Assembly (NCBI GenBank): GCA_963668585.1
Contig: OY764869.1
Location: 1,867,106 to 1,931,105 of the forward strand
DNA from: Dehalococcoidia bacterium
GTDB taxonomy: Bacteria; Chloroflexota; Dehalococcoidia; Lucifugimonadales; UBA3495
Direction of reading: 5' to 3'
DNA: 64,000 nt
Made by a program: the position numbers and the translations under genes. Of the stretch, positions 38,503 to 47,607 are shown one piece after another (within the stretch, counting starts at the first letter, position 1; every line of letters begins with the position of its first letter). Under the pieces are notes generated by a model. That model saw only the letters and a list, made by a program, of their open reading frames with translations, had not been told where the DNA came from and made no database searches.

Positions 38503-40173
38503 TCAGCCCTCCTGCCCAGCGCCGCGCGCCCGCGCGTCCAGGCTCACTGCGATGCGAGAACGGAACGGCCTGACCGTGTTGGTGGCGTCCGGCACACCCA
38601 TGGGAACGACGAACACGGCTTGCTGACCGGCGGCGTGCGGCGAGAAGAACCTCGCCACGCTGTCGTCGTAGAACGTGAGTCCCGTCGCGCCCAAACCCAC
38701 TGAGTGCATACCCAGATAGAGGCGTCCACCGACGATTCCGGCGATGGTTTGTGCCATGCGGTAGCTTCTCGGCCCAAGTTGCCGTTCCATGGTGTTCAGG
38801 TCCGCCGTGATGAACGCAACCGCCGACGCATCCGCCGGCAGCGCCTGCTCAAATCCGAGGTGGCCGGCCATCTCCCGGAAATCGCCGGTTTTCAGGAGTC
38901 TGAGGCCGTTATAGTAGCGGTTGTAATAATATGCGCCGGGCTCGAGTCCTTCGACGGCGTTGACTATGAAATACAAACCGAGATGCGGACCGATCCCGTC
39001 CCCCAGGCCGGCGGCATTCATGCCACTGCCGGCAGCGTCCACCACGGCTCGGAACGCTTCCCATGGGATATATTCCCTGGCGAACCGGCGAGTGGAACCC
39101 CTGGATCGGATGCAGTCTTCCAGCGATGTTGAGGGCAATGCCTCCAGGTTCACGTCGGCGTCGAATCTGCCGTCGGATCCGGAACGCAGGGGGCGGAAAT
39201 TGTCGCCGGTGCCGTCCAATTCGTCCTTGTCAGATTGGAAGGCCCTTTGCGTGTCCGAGTTCCAGCGCGCTACTGACGCGGAGTCGAGCAGCGCGGATGC
39301 CTGGTGAACCTCGCGGCTCATCGGGTAGTCGAGGGCTCCCGCCGCAAGGTCATTGCTCTCCTGCGGGAGCATCCCGGGAACGTCGCCGGGGCCATCTGGC
39401 AGCATCCCGTCGGGCGTGCCCACGGAGGCGACCAAGGAGGGGGCTTCGGCCTGCCCGTCGATTCCAAAGTACCCCGTGAGCAGTCGGTCCACGAAACCGA
39501 AGCGGAGGCGGACTGCCACGTCCTCGGCGTTGGCGGTTGCCAGGAGGTTGGCGGTCATCGTTCCGAGATCCCAGTAGCAATAACGGTAACTGCGTTCCCG
39601 ATATTTCCACGCGCTGCGCCAGAAAACGGTGGTGAAAATCAGCGTGGCCGGGTATGCCGAATGGTCGTCGATGGCTCCGCCGACCCAACGGCGCAGGTCG
39701 CCGTTGCGCAGTCGCGCCAAGGTGCAATCACGGGGGTTGAAATGATATACCCCGGCCCTCAGCCCTTCCAGGTCGCCACACACCACGTACGTTTCGGTGG
39801 GGTACAGCGCACCGGCGGACGCGGCGGCGCGGTAATGGACTTCGCCGTCGCGGAGTTGCCTCCTCCGGATTACCGCCGCTGAGTGGTACAGCAGGCTGGT
39901 CAGATTTTCCAGCGTCAGTGGAGCGGAAGCGGCGTTGCCGCCGCGGATGGCGTCGAGAGTCGCCATGCCGGAGGTTGAATCGCCCGCAACGTCGGGCAAC
40001 CTGATAGGTCTGAGGTCGGGATATATTTTGTAAAGCGGCGGCTTGCTCTCCAGGTCAATGTACTGGAGTTTGGTGGCTTCGTTGAATCTCAAAGCGACAC
40101 CGTCGCTGATGCCTCTGTCCGCTGTTGCCATGGTGTTTCTCTCCAAGTCGCCAACCAATTGGCGCCCGCTCAC
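38503..40173 (-). CDS. Two-domain SagB/ThcOx-type (nitroreductase-superfamily) dehydrogenase
   Basis: 556 aa. The first half carries the SagB-type signature RAAASAGALYPTETYVV and the second half a nitroreductase-like domain (SRGSTRRFA...GLYFIV). The GTG start overlaps the folB stop (GTGA). Confidence 0.75.
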   Translation of the reverse strand: MSGRQLVGDLERNTMATADRGISDGVALRFNEATKLQYIDLESKPPLYKIYPDLRPIRLPDVAGDSTSGMATLDAIRGGNAASAPLTLENLTSLLYHSAAVIRRRQLRDGEVHYRAAASAGALYPTETYVVCGDLEGLRAGVYHFNPRDCTLARLRNGDLRRWVGGAIDDHSAYPATLIFTTVFWRSAWKYRERSYRYCYWDLGTMTANLLATANAEDVAVRLRFGFVDRLLTGYFGIDGQAEAPSLVASVGTPDGMLPDGPGDVPGMLPQESNDLAAGALDYPMSREVHQASALLDSASVARWNSDTQRAFQSDKDELDGTGDNFRPLRSGSDGRFDADVNLEALPSTSLEDCIRSRGSTRRFAREYIPWEAFRAVVDAAGSGMNAAGLGDGIGPHLGLYFIVNAVEGLEPGAYYYNRYYNGLRLLKTGDFREMAGHLGFEQALPADASAVAFITADLNTMERQLGPRSYRMAQTIAGIVGGRLYLGMHSVGLGATGLTFYDDSVARFFSPHAAGQQAVFVVPMGVPDATNTVRPFRSRIAVSLDARARGAGQEG

Positions 40174-40547
40174 GCTTGTTGTCGCCGTCGATAAATCTCA
40201 ACCGCTGCCGAGTCAATCACCGATCCACGAATCGGCGGGCGAGGCTTGTGAACCCGCACCCTCACCGCGTCAATGATCGGGTGTTGTTCCATGACGCTGG
40301 TGGCGATGGCACCGGCTGCTGCCTCCAGGAGGTGGAGCGGTTCGCCTTCCATCACGCTTTTGACCAGACGGTACAGGTGGGTGTAGCTGGCCGTGTCGGC
40401 AAGTTGATCGGACACGCTGGCGGAACCCAGGTCCAACTCGGCCTCCAGATCCACGAGGAAGGGTTGCCCCAACCGACGCTCCTCCGGATTCACTCCGTGG
40501 AATCCGTAAAATTGCATCCCGGTCAGGATGATCCGGTCGCCGTGCAT
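40170..40547 (-). CDS. folB: Dihydroneopterin aldolase
   Basis: 125 aa: ILTGMQFYGFHGVNPEERRLGQPFLVDLE is the canonical FolB N-terminus. Confidence 0.9.
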   Translation of the reverse strand: MHGDRIILTGMQFYGFHGVNPEERRLGQPFLVDLEAELDLGSASVSDQLADTASYTHLYRLVKSVMEGEPLHLLEAAAGAIATSVMEQHPIIDAVRVRVHKPRPPIRGSVIDSAAVEIYRRRQQA

Positions 40548-40556
40548 TCGACGGCC

Positions 40557-41441
40557 TCAGGCGCCGGCGGTTTGGCGCTGGATTTCGGCGACCAGAGCCA
40601 GGAGGTTCTGCGCCCGTTTGACCACCGGAACGTCCACCATGCGCCCGTCGATGGACAGTGAACCGCGACCCGCCGCTTCCGCTTCGTCCCAGGCGGCGAC
40701 CACGCGCTGAGCGTAGGCGACGTCCTCGGGACTCGGGGAAAACGTCTCGTTGATGATGTCGATCTGTGCGGGATGGATCGCGAACTTGCCCGTATAGCCC
40801 ATCTGTCGGCCCGCGCTGGCGTCGGTTCTCAGGCCGTCGGGATCGCGGAACCCGACGAACGGGCCGTCCAGGGCGGCGACTCCGGCCGCCTTGGCGGCGA
40901 TCGCCACTGCAGACCGGGCGTAGTAGGACTCCTCTCCAAAATCATTGCGGATTATGCCCATGTCGTTGGTGTAGTCTTCTCCACCGAACGCGATTCCCGC
41001 GATGCGCTGGGATGCGCGCGCCATCTCATACACATGGACGATGGCCATGGCGGTTTCAATCCACGGAATCACACGTATGCTGCCGGCGGGGATACCCCTG
41101 CTGTTTTCCAGCGGCGCCAGCAGTCGGTCAACTTGTTGCAGGTCCCACGCTGTGTCCCCCTTGCCAATGCTGATGCCGGCCAGATCGGGAGATACCACCG
41201 CCGCCAGTTCGTCAGCGGTGAGTCCGGTGTCCAGGGAGTTGACGCGCACCATGACGCGTCGGCCGGCGGCGCGCAATTTGGGGACCCACTCAACGGCCAG
41301 TTCGCAAGCGGCCGCTTTTCCTCCGGGGTGAACCGAGTCCTCCAGATCAACCATTACCACATCGGCGCCGAACCCCAGGGCCCGTTCCAGCATATTGGCC
41401 CGGTTCCCGGGAACGAACACCAAGCTACGCAGCAATTCCAC
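40557..41441 (-). CDS. HpcH/HpaI aldolase / citrate lyase beta (CitE)-like CoA ester lyase
   Basis: LVFVPGNRANMLERALGFGADVVMVDLEDSV motif. 294 aa. Confidence 0.88.
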   Translation of the reverse strand: MELLRSLVFVPGNRANMLERALGFGADVVMVDLEDSVHPGGKAAACELAVEWVPKLRAAGRRVMVRVNSLDTGLTADELAAVVSPDLAGISIGKGDTAWDLQQVDRLLAPLENSRGIPAGSIRVIPWIETAMAIVHVYEMARASQRIAGIAFGGEDYTNDMGIIRNDFGEESYYARSAVAIAAKAAGVAALDGPFVGFRDPDGLRTDASAGRQMGYTGKFAIHPAQIDIINETFSPSPEDVAYAQRVVAAWDEAEAAGRGSLSIDGRMVDVPVVKRAQNLLALVAEIQRQTAGA

Positions 41442-41459
41442 GAAAATTGAACCTCCTGA

Positions 41460-44255
41460 TTAGAAATCGCCCCATGAGTAACCGGACTTGACCTCCACCT
41501 TCAGGGTCACGTCCAGGTCCAACGCTGCCGGCATTTCGTCCATCGCCAGCGCGGTCATGTCGTTCATCTCGTCGTCCGGCACTTCAAACACCAACTCGTC
41601 GTGTACCTGCAGGATCATACTGGAGCGCATTTGATCGCGCTGAATGCGTGCCTGCACGTTTATCATCGCCTTCTTCATAATATCCGCGGCGGTGCCCTGA
41701 ATCGGCATATTGATCGCCATGCGCTCGGCGGCGGCGCGGGTGTTGTGATTGGTGGACTGGATATCCGGGAAGTACCGCCGGCGGCCCAGCAGGGTCTCAG
41801 CGTACATGGTGGCCCGGGTCTGCTCTTTGACCGATTCCAGGTAGTCCTTGATGCCAGGGTAGCGGGCGAGATAGGTGTCGATGAAATTCCGGCCCTCTTC
41901 GCGGCTGAAACCAGTCTGTTGAGATATGCCGTATGGCCCCAGGCCGTAGATCACCCCGAAGTTCAACACCTTGGCGATGCGCCGCTGTTCGGAGTCCACT
42001 TCGTTGATCGGCACGTTGAACATCTGGCTGGCGGTCGCGGCATGGATGTCCTCGCCGCGTCGGAAGGCTTCCAGCAGCGAAGGGTCCTGGGACAGGTGGG
42101 CGAGAACGCGCAGTTCGATCTGGGAATAATCGGCGGAGAGCAACCGGCAGCCCGAGTCGGCAACAAAAGCGCGACGCACCTGGCGCCCCAACTCGGTGCG
42201 CACCGGGATGTTCTGGAGGTTGGGATCGCTGCTGCTGACCCGCCCGGTTGCCGAACCGGTCTGGTGGTAGGACGTGTGGATGCGCCCGGTGCGGTCATTG
42301 ATCATTTCAGGCAGCGCGTCCACGTAGGTTGACTTCAGCTTGGATACCTGACGGTAGTCCAGGATCCTGTCCACCACCGGGTGCATCCCCTTCAACGATT
42401 CCAGGGCGTTGGCGTCCGTGGAGTAGCCCGACTTGGTGCGGCGCGTTTTGGGCAGGCCCAACTCCCCAAAGAGCAGGTCGCTCAACTGCTTGGGCGAGTT
42501 GATGTTGACGGTGTGGCCGATGTCGGCGTACAGATCGGCTTCAATGTGGTCCAGTTGTTCCCTGAGATCTCGGGACATCTCGTGCAGGATGCCAGCGTCC
42601 AGTTTTACTCCCGAGCGCTGCATTTCCACCAGCACCGGGACGAGGGGCAATTCAACATCGGACATCAGGCCCGACAGACCCTGAATCTCCAGCAGCGGGT
42701 CAAACTGACGGCGCAATTGCAGCGTGCAGTCGGCGTCCGCGGCGGCGTAGGGAGCGCCGGCGACAATGTCAACCTCGTTGAAGGTGATTTGCCGAGCGCC
42801 CTTGCCGATGAGATCGGTGATTTCGGTCATTTCCCGACCCAGTATCGACAGCGCCAGAGGCTTCAGTCCAAGGCGGTTGTTGCCCAAAAGGTGGGCGGCG
42901 ATCATGGTGTCGTGGTCGATCACGTCGTTGGGGTCGATGCCGTAGTTGCTGAGCAGCGTGAGGTCGTAGTTGGCGTTGTGGGCTGAACGCCGGATTCCCG
43001 GGGTGGTAAACAGCGGACGCACGGCGGCCAGCGCTTCTTCCAGCGAAAGTTGCTCGCCGGTGGTGTGTCCCACCGGCACATACCAGGCAGTCCCTTCCGG
43101 CACCGCAAAACTCAGTCCCGCCAACTCGGCTGCCATGGGGTCCGTGCTGCTGGACTCGGTGTCGAAGGCAAAGGCCCCTGCGGCGCGGATGGTGGTTATC
43201 ATGTCCTCCAGGGCCGCGGAGGTGGAAACGATCCGATAGTCGGTTTCGGCTGGCGCATCATCGACGCGTGGGACCAGGTTCGGCGGGGCCGCCGGATCGG
43301 ATGGCAGCGAGGTCCAGGGAGCATCGGGAGACGGCACTCGCCCGACGATGCTGTGGAATTCCAGCGCCGTCATCAGGGCCACCACGTCGCCGCGCTCGTA
43401 ATCGCCAAATCGGCTGGCGTCGAGGTCCAGCGTGGTGGGCACGTTACGGTCGATGGTGGTGAGTACGCGGTACTCGAAAGCGGCGTCCTGGTTCGCCTCC
43501 AGGCTGTTCTTGACGCGCTTCTGAGTGATTTCGTCCAGATGCTCGTAGATGCCTTCCAGGGTGCCGTAATTGGAAAGCAGGGTGGTGGCGGTTTTGTCTC
43601 CCACGCCCGGGACGCCTGGTATGTTGTCCGACTTGTCCCCAACCAGCGCCTTATAGTCCGGTTGCTGAGCGGCAGTCAGACCGCCGTATCGCTCGGCCAG
43701 TTCTTCCTCGCCCACGATCCGGCGGTCGCGTTCGCTGCTGGCAAGGTCAACGCGGACCGATGGCGAGATCAACTGGAAGGTATCCCGGTCGCCGGTAAGT
43801 ATCACCGTCTCGACGTCGGCGGCTTCGGCCTGCCGGCTGAGGGTTCCGATGATGTCGTCCGCTTCGAATCCCGGCAGTTCATACACCGGAACTGAGAAGG
43901 TTGACATCATTTCCTTCACCCGGTCGAATTGACCGCGCAGTTCGGGCGGCGTCGGTGGACGCTGCGCCTTGTATTCAGGGAACCGTTCGTGGCGGAAGGT
44001 GGGCGCCGGGTTGTCGAAGGTGACGACAACGTGAGTTGGCTGCCATTCGTTGAGGGCACGAAGGAATACGCTGGCGAAACCGTAAACGCCGGTGACGTCT
44101 TCGCCCGTGGTGGACACGGTGAGGTTGCGGCTGACGCTGATGGCTCGGAAAGACCGGTGAATCATGGCGTGACCGTCAATCAGCAGCAGCAACGGCGACT
44201 TGCGGCCGGATGCGCCAAAAGACATCTGCATTGACATTTGGCCGCTGCTCGCCAT
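41460..44255 (-). CDS. polA: DNA polymerase I
   Basis: 931 aa with a 5'-3' exonuclease N-terminus (LLLIDGHAMIHRSF), a 3'-5' exonuclease domain and family-A polymerase motifs (DYSQIELRVLAH, QVHDELVFE). Confidence 0.97.
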   Translation of the reverse strand: MASSGQMSMQMSFGASGRKSPLLLLIDGHAMIHRSFRAISVSRNLTVSTTGEDVTGVYGFASVFLRALNEWQPTHVVVTFDNPAPTFRHERFPEYKAQRPPTPPELRGQFDRVKEMMSTFSVPVYELPGFEADDIIGTLSRQAEAADVETVILTGDRDTFQLISPSVRVDLASSERDRRIVGEEELAERYGGLTAAQQPDYKALVGDKSDNIPGVPGVGDKTATTLLSNYGTLEGIYEHLDEITQKRVKNSLEANQDAAFEYRVLTTIDRNVPTTLDLDASRFGDYERGDVVALMTALEFHSIVGRVPSPDAPWTSLPSDPAAPPNLVPRVDDAPAETDYRIVSTSAALEDMITTIRAAGAFAFDTESSSTDPMAAELAGLSFAVPEGTAWYVPVGHTTGEQLSLEEALAAVRPLFTTPGIRRSAHNANYDLTLLSNYGIDPNDVIDHDTMIAAHLLGNNRLGLKPLALSILGREMTEITDLIGKGARQITFNEVDIVAGAPYAAADADCTLQLRRQFDPLLEIQGLSGLMSDVELPLVPVLVEMQRSGVKLDAGILHEMSRDLREQLDHIEADLYADIGHTVNINSPKQLSDLLFGELGLPKTRRTKSGYSTDANALESLKGMHPVVDRILDYRQVSKLKSTYVDALPEMINDRTGRIHTSYHQTGSATGRVSSSDPNLQNIPVRTELGRQVRRAFVADSGCRLLSADYSQIELRVLAHLSQDPSLLEAFRRGEDIHAATASQMFNVPINEVDSEQRRIAKVLNFGVIYGLGPYGISQQTGFSREEGRNFIDTYLARYPGIKDYLESVKEQTRATMYAETLLGRRRYFPDIQSTNHNTRAAAERMAINMPIQGTAADIMKKAMINVQARIQRDQMRSSMILQVHDELVFEVPDDEMNDMTALAMDEMPAALDLDVTLKVEVKSGYSWGDF

Positions 44256-44474
44256 GGGTTCCCTCCAACTTCGCGCTGGACACGTGCGGGCCAGCGGCGC
44301 GTTTGGGCGGCATTATACATTAGGCGCATCCGAAACCGCCGCACACCTCGCGTCACTCCATGTGGCATATTTATCAACGGGCGGGTGTTTGCCAGAGCGC
44401 GAAATGGGGACGCCAAGCCGCAAGGCGCCACGGCAGCGATTTGCGCCATGGGCTGTGCTAAAATGCGTCTCACC

Positions 44475-44792
44475 ATGCCGATGTACGAATACCGATGCAA
44501 CCAATGCGCCCAGCGCCAGTCCCGCCTGGTGTACAGTTGGTCGCCCGCCGATGGATTGGCGTGCAACAACTGCGCGAGCAATGACCTGGACCGGTTGGTC
44601 TCAGGGTTTTCATTCCACCGTTCCTGGGGGGACAGCCTGAACTGGATGCCGGATAACGCCGCCGCCGACCTGGACAACAGCCATGTGGGCAGCATAGATT
44701 CGCACATGGGGCGCATGGGCGACGCCATGGGCGGCCTGGTAACGCCGGACTTCCACGAGCATCGGCACGAGATCAATCACCCCGACAACTGA
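44475..44792 (+). CDS. FmdB-family zinc-ribbon protein
   Basis: MPMYEYRCNQC...CNNC (CxxC...CxxC ribbon). 105 aa. Trimmed from the track start at 44238. Confidence 0.8.
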   Translation: MPMYEYRCNQCAQRQSRLVYSWSPADGLACNNCASNDLDRLVSGFSFHRSWGDSLNWMPDNAAADLDNSHVGSIDSHMGRMGDAMGGLVTPDFHEHRHEINHPDN

Positions 44793-44797
44793 AACTC

Positions 44798-45133
44798 ATG
44801 CCAATCTACGAATATCGTTGCCAGGAATGCCGGGCCGTGGTGTCTGTCTTCGTCCGCTCCATAAGCAGCCACGTCAAACCCGGGTGCGAATCCTGCGGCG
44901 GAAGCCAGATGGAACGCCGGATGTCAACATTCGCCATGGGCAAGACCGTGGCGGGCGTTCATGAAGCCAACCCCATGGGAGCCAGCAGCCGCGACTACTA
45001 CAGCGACCCGCGCAACATTGGTCGCAACGTCGAGGAATCCTTCTCGCGGCATGGGGTGGACATGCCGGATTCGGTGCGGCAGTCGATCGATTCCGCCAGG
45101 AGCGGCGAGACTCCCAAAGGACTTGACCTGTGA
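44798..45133 (+). CDS. FmdB-family zinc-ribbon protein (tandem paralog)
   Basis: MPIYEYRCQEC...CESC. 111 aa. Starts 5 nt after the preceding stop. Confidence 0.8.
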   Translation: MPIYEYRCQECRAVVSVFVRSISSHVKPGCESCGGSQMERRMSTFAMGKTVAGVHEANPMGASSRDYYSDPRNIGRNVEESFSRHGVDMPDSVRQSIDSARSGETPKGLDL

Positions 45134-46107
45134 CCACTCAACATGACAACGCTCCAACGGACCTGTTGCCGGCGCTGATTGCGTGTCTCGACGGCATGCT
45201 GGCCTCCGACGCAGCGCCGGAAGGGTTAATGCGCGGGGAAATTGGCTGGTTGGGGGACGGCCTGAGCGACCCTCAACGCGCATCCGCGGTATCCGGCGAA
45301 CCGCGCGGCCGCACCGAAATGCTCAGCCTGGCGACGACTGCCCGCGGATTATTGGCGCTGCTGGAAACCGACGGCGTAATTCCCGCGGATTCCGGACTGC
45401 AGGTGCGCAGGGCCTTGGATGACGCTGAGGTCCGTATTGGTCAGGCGCTGCGACGTGGGCGGGCTGACCGCATCCACGGGCTGTACGTAATCATTGACCC
45501 GGAGGTGACCGGTGGTCGAGATCCGTTGGACATAGCGCGCGCGGCCATCAACGGCGGAGCGCGTATCCTGCAACTTCGGGACAAGTTGCGAGACAAAGGC
45601 GAGCAAATGCCGTTGGGCATTGCCCTGCGCGACCTTTGCGCAGCCAACGATGCGCTGCTGATCATCAATGACCATGCCGACCTGGCGGCGGCGCTGGGCC
45701 CTGACCACGTGGGTCTGCACGTTGGACAGACCGACCTGCCGGTGGCGGAAGCGCGCAAAGTCCTGGCTCCGGGTCAGGTGCTCGGGCGGTCCAATCGCGA
45801 GATCGACCTGATCATCGAGTCCCAGCAGATGGGCGCGGACCACGTCGCCTTTGGCGCGATGTACACGACCACGACGAAGCAGGTGACGCGGGCTCCGCAA
45901 GGGCCGGAGCGACTGAAGCAGGCCCGCGCTGCTGCCCAGGTTCCCCTGGTGGCGATCGGCGGGATCACGGCGGAGAACGTGGCGCCGGTGGTGGAGGCCG
46001 GAGCCGATGCGATCTGCGTGACTGCGGCTGTGGGGAGCGCCCCGGACCCGGAGGCCGCAGCAGCAGCACTGACCGAGGCCATCCGCGTCGCCGGCGGTCG
46101 CGTGTAG
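45130..46107 (+). CDS. thiE: Thiamine-phosphate synthase with an N-terminal extension of about 115 aa
   Basis: The ThiE core begins at GLYVIIDP (residue ~117) and includes ILQLRDK and GADHVAFG motifs. The GTG start overlaps the upstream TGA (GTGA). Confidence 0.85.
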   Translation: MTTQHDNAPTDLLPALIACLDGMLASDAAPEGLMRGEIGWLGDGLSDPQRASAVSGEPRGRTEMLSLATTARGLLALLETDGVIPADSGLQVRRALDDAEVRIGQALRRGRADRIHGLYVIIDPEVTGGRDPLDIARAAINGGARILQLRDKLRDKGEQMPLGIALRDLCAANDALLIINDHADLAAALGPDHVGLHVGQTDLPVAEARKVLAPGQVLGRSNREIDLIIESQQMGADHVAFGAMYTTTTKQVTRAPQGPERLKQARAAAQVPLVAIGGITAENVAPVVEAGADAICVTAAVGSAPDPEAAAAALTEAIRVAGGRV

Positions 46108-46118
46108 GCGGCGCAGCG

Positions 46119-46754
46119 ATGCCAACGCGATACGGGCCGCAACTTGCGGCGATGTCAGCCCATGCCGTCGGCGAACTCACGGCGCGGCATCAGGCGCGGG
46201 AACATGCGCTTTCAGTCTCACGCCAGGTGATACGCAACTCCGCCAACGCGATACGGGCAGTCCACCGGAACGATTTTGACGAAGCCAGCCGACTGATTGG
46301 CGAGGCGTCGAGCCGTTTGAACGATACCCTGAGCATCAGGACGGACAACCCCGAGATTTACTACGCGGGTTTCCTGTCGGATGCGCGCAAAGAGTTCACT
46401 GAAGCCAATATCACGCTGGCGGTCATCTCCGGCGGCGAAATCCCCGACGCTGCAACGCTGGGCATCGATCCGCCCGCCTACCTGAATGGCATGGCCGAAG
46501 TGATCGGCGAATTGCGGCGCTATATCCTCGACGCGCTGCGTCGCGACGACACTGACCGATGCGAAGAACTGATGGAGTTGATGGACGAAATCTACGGCAT
46601 CCTGGTCACGGTAGATTTTCCAGAAGCCGTTACCGGCGGATTACGCCACAGCACGGACGCCATGCGGGGCGTTCTGGAGCGGACCCGGGGAGACCTGACC
46701 GTCTCATTGCAACAGCGTCGTTTGGAACAGAGGCTGGCCGATCTGGAAAGGTAG
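46119..46754 (+). CDS. Translin-family protein
   Basis: 211-aa all-helical protein. The pattern ...AIRAVHRNDFDEA...EIYYAGFLSDARKEFTEA...YLNGMAEVIGELRRY matches what I recall of archaeal/bacterial translin-like proteins. Confidence 0.65.
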   Translation: MPTRYGPQLAAMSAHAVGELTARHQAREHALSVSRQVIRNSANAIRAVHRNDFDEASRLIGEASSRLNDTLSIRTDNPEIYYAGFLSDARKEFTEANITLAVISGGEIPDAATLGIDPPAYLNGMAEVIGELRRYILDALRRDDTDRCEELMELMDEIYGILVTVDFPEAVTGGLRHSTDAMRGVLERTRGDLTVSLQQRRLEQRLADLER

Positions 46755-46758
46755 CGGG

Positions 46759-47547
46759 ATGCTGAAACTCCCCACTTCCCGCCGGCGCCCGGCGATCCTC
46801 TCGGCGACGTGGCGGAATATCCTGCTGTTTTCCTGGCCGGTGCCAGATGAAACAGTTCAGAACTTGACGCCCGACGGCCTGGAGATAGACCGTTGGAACG
46901 GCGATGCGTATGTCAGCTTGGTCGGTCTCAGGTTCGAGAAGGTGAACCTGTTCGGGATTCCCGCGCCGGCCCGCAGTTACGACGAAATCAACCTGCGGTT
47001 TTACGTACGCCGAAAATTCCACGATGTTGACAGGCAACCGGGCGTAGTGTTCGTGCGGCAACTGGTGCCCCACCGGGTTACGGCGAGAGTGGCCCGTATG
47101 CTCTATGGAGAACCTTTTGAAGTAGCGACGGTGGGTCACGCGTACAACGCCGGCTTGAGCGGTAACGAGTCTCCGGCGCGCAGGGTCGAGTATTGGTGGG
47201 AAAACCGTGAAGGCTCGCACCGGATGTGGGCGGAAACGAACCTGACGCCCCAGCAGGCCCCACCCGGCTCGCTGGACGAATTTCTCACCGAACGATATTG
47301 GGGCTATAACGGCAAACCGGGATTGGGCACGCGAGCGTATCGGTTGGTGAGACCGGTGTGGGATGTCGCCAGGGCCACCACGGCGCGGGTGGAATGCGCG
47401 CCCGATGGCGTCGATGACACCGGGCTCGGCGGAATCATGCGGAGCGAGCCCGCCTCGGTACTGTTGGCCTGCGGATCGTGGGCTCAAATTGGCCTGCCGA
47501 GCGCATTGAATTCCAGGAGCGAAGGTTCCGAAAGCAAATCATGTTGA
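46759..47547 (+). CDS. DUF2071 (YqjF-like) domain protein
   Basis: The N-terminal WRNILLFSWPVPDETVQNLTPDGLEIDRWNGDAYVSLVGLRF pattern is characteristic of DUF2071. 262 aa. Confidence 0.72.
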   Translation: MLKLPTSRRRPAILSATWRNILLFSWPVPDETVQNLTPDGLEIDRWNGDAYVSLVGLRFEKVNLFGIPAPARSYDEINLRFYVRRKFHDVDRQPGVVFVRQLVPHRVTARVARMLYGEPFEVATVGHAYNAGLSGNESPARRVEYWWENREGSHRMWAETNLTPQQAPPGSLDEFLTERYWGYNGKPGLGTRAYRLVRPVWDVARATTARVECAPDGVDDTGLGGIMRSEPASVLLACGSWAQIGLPSALNSRSEGSESKSC

Positions 47548-47607
47548 GATTGCCCCATGGTGATTGGTAGAATGAGCCAGCCTAATCGTGTCCACAGGAG
47601 TTGAAAC

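Noticed and set aside
37537-40173. A thiazole/oxazole RiPP (TOMM) cluster around the SagB-type gene.
   Set aside because: No YcaO/cyclodehydratase, precursor-peptide-like small ORF, or export/immunity genes are nearby. The neighbours are folB, a CitE-like lyase, polA and a convergent TPR protein.
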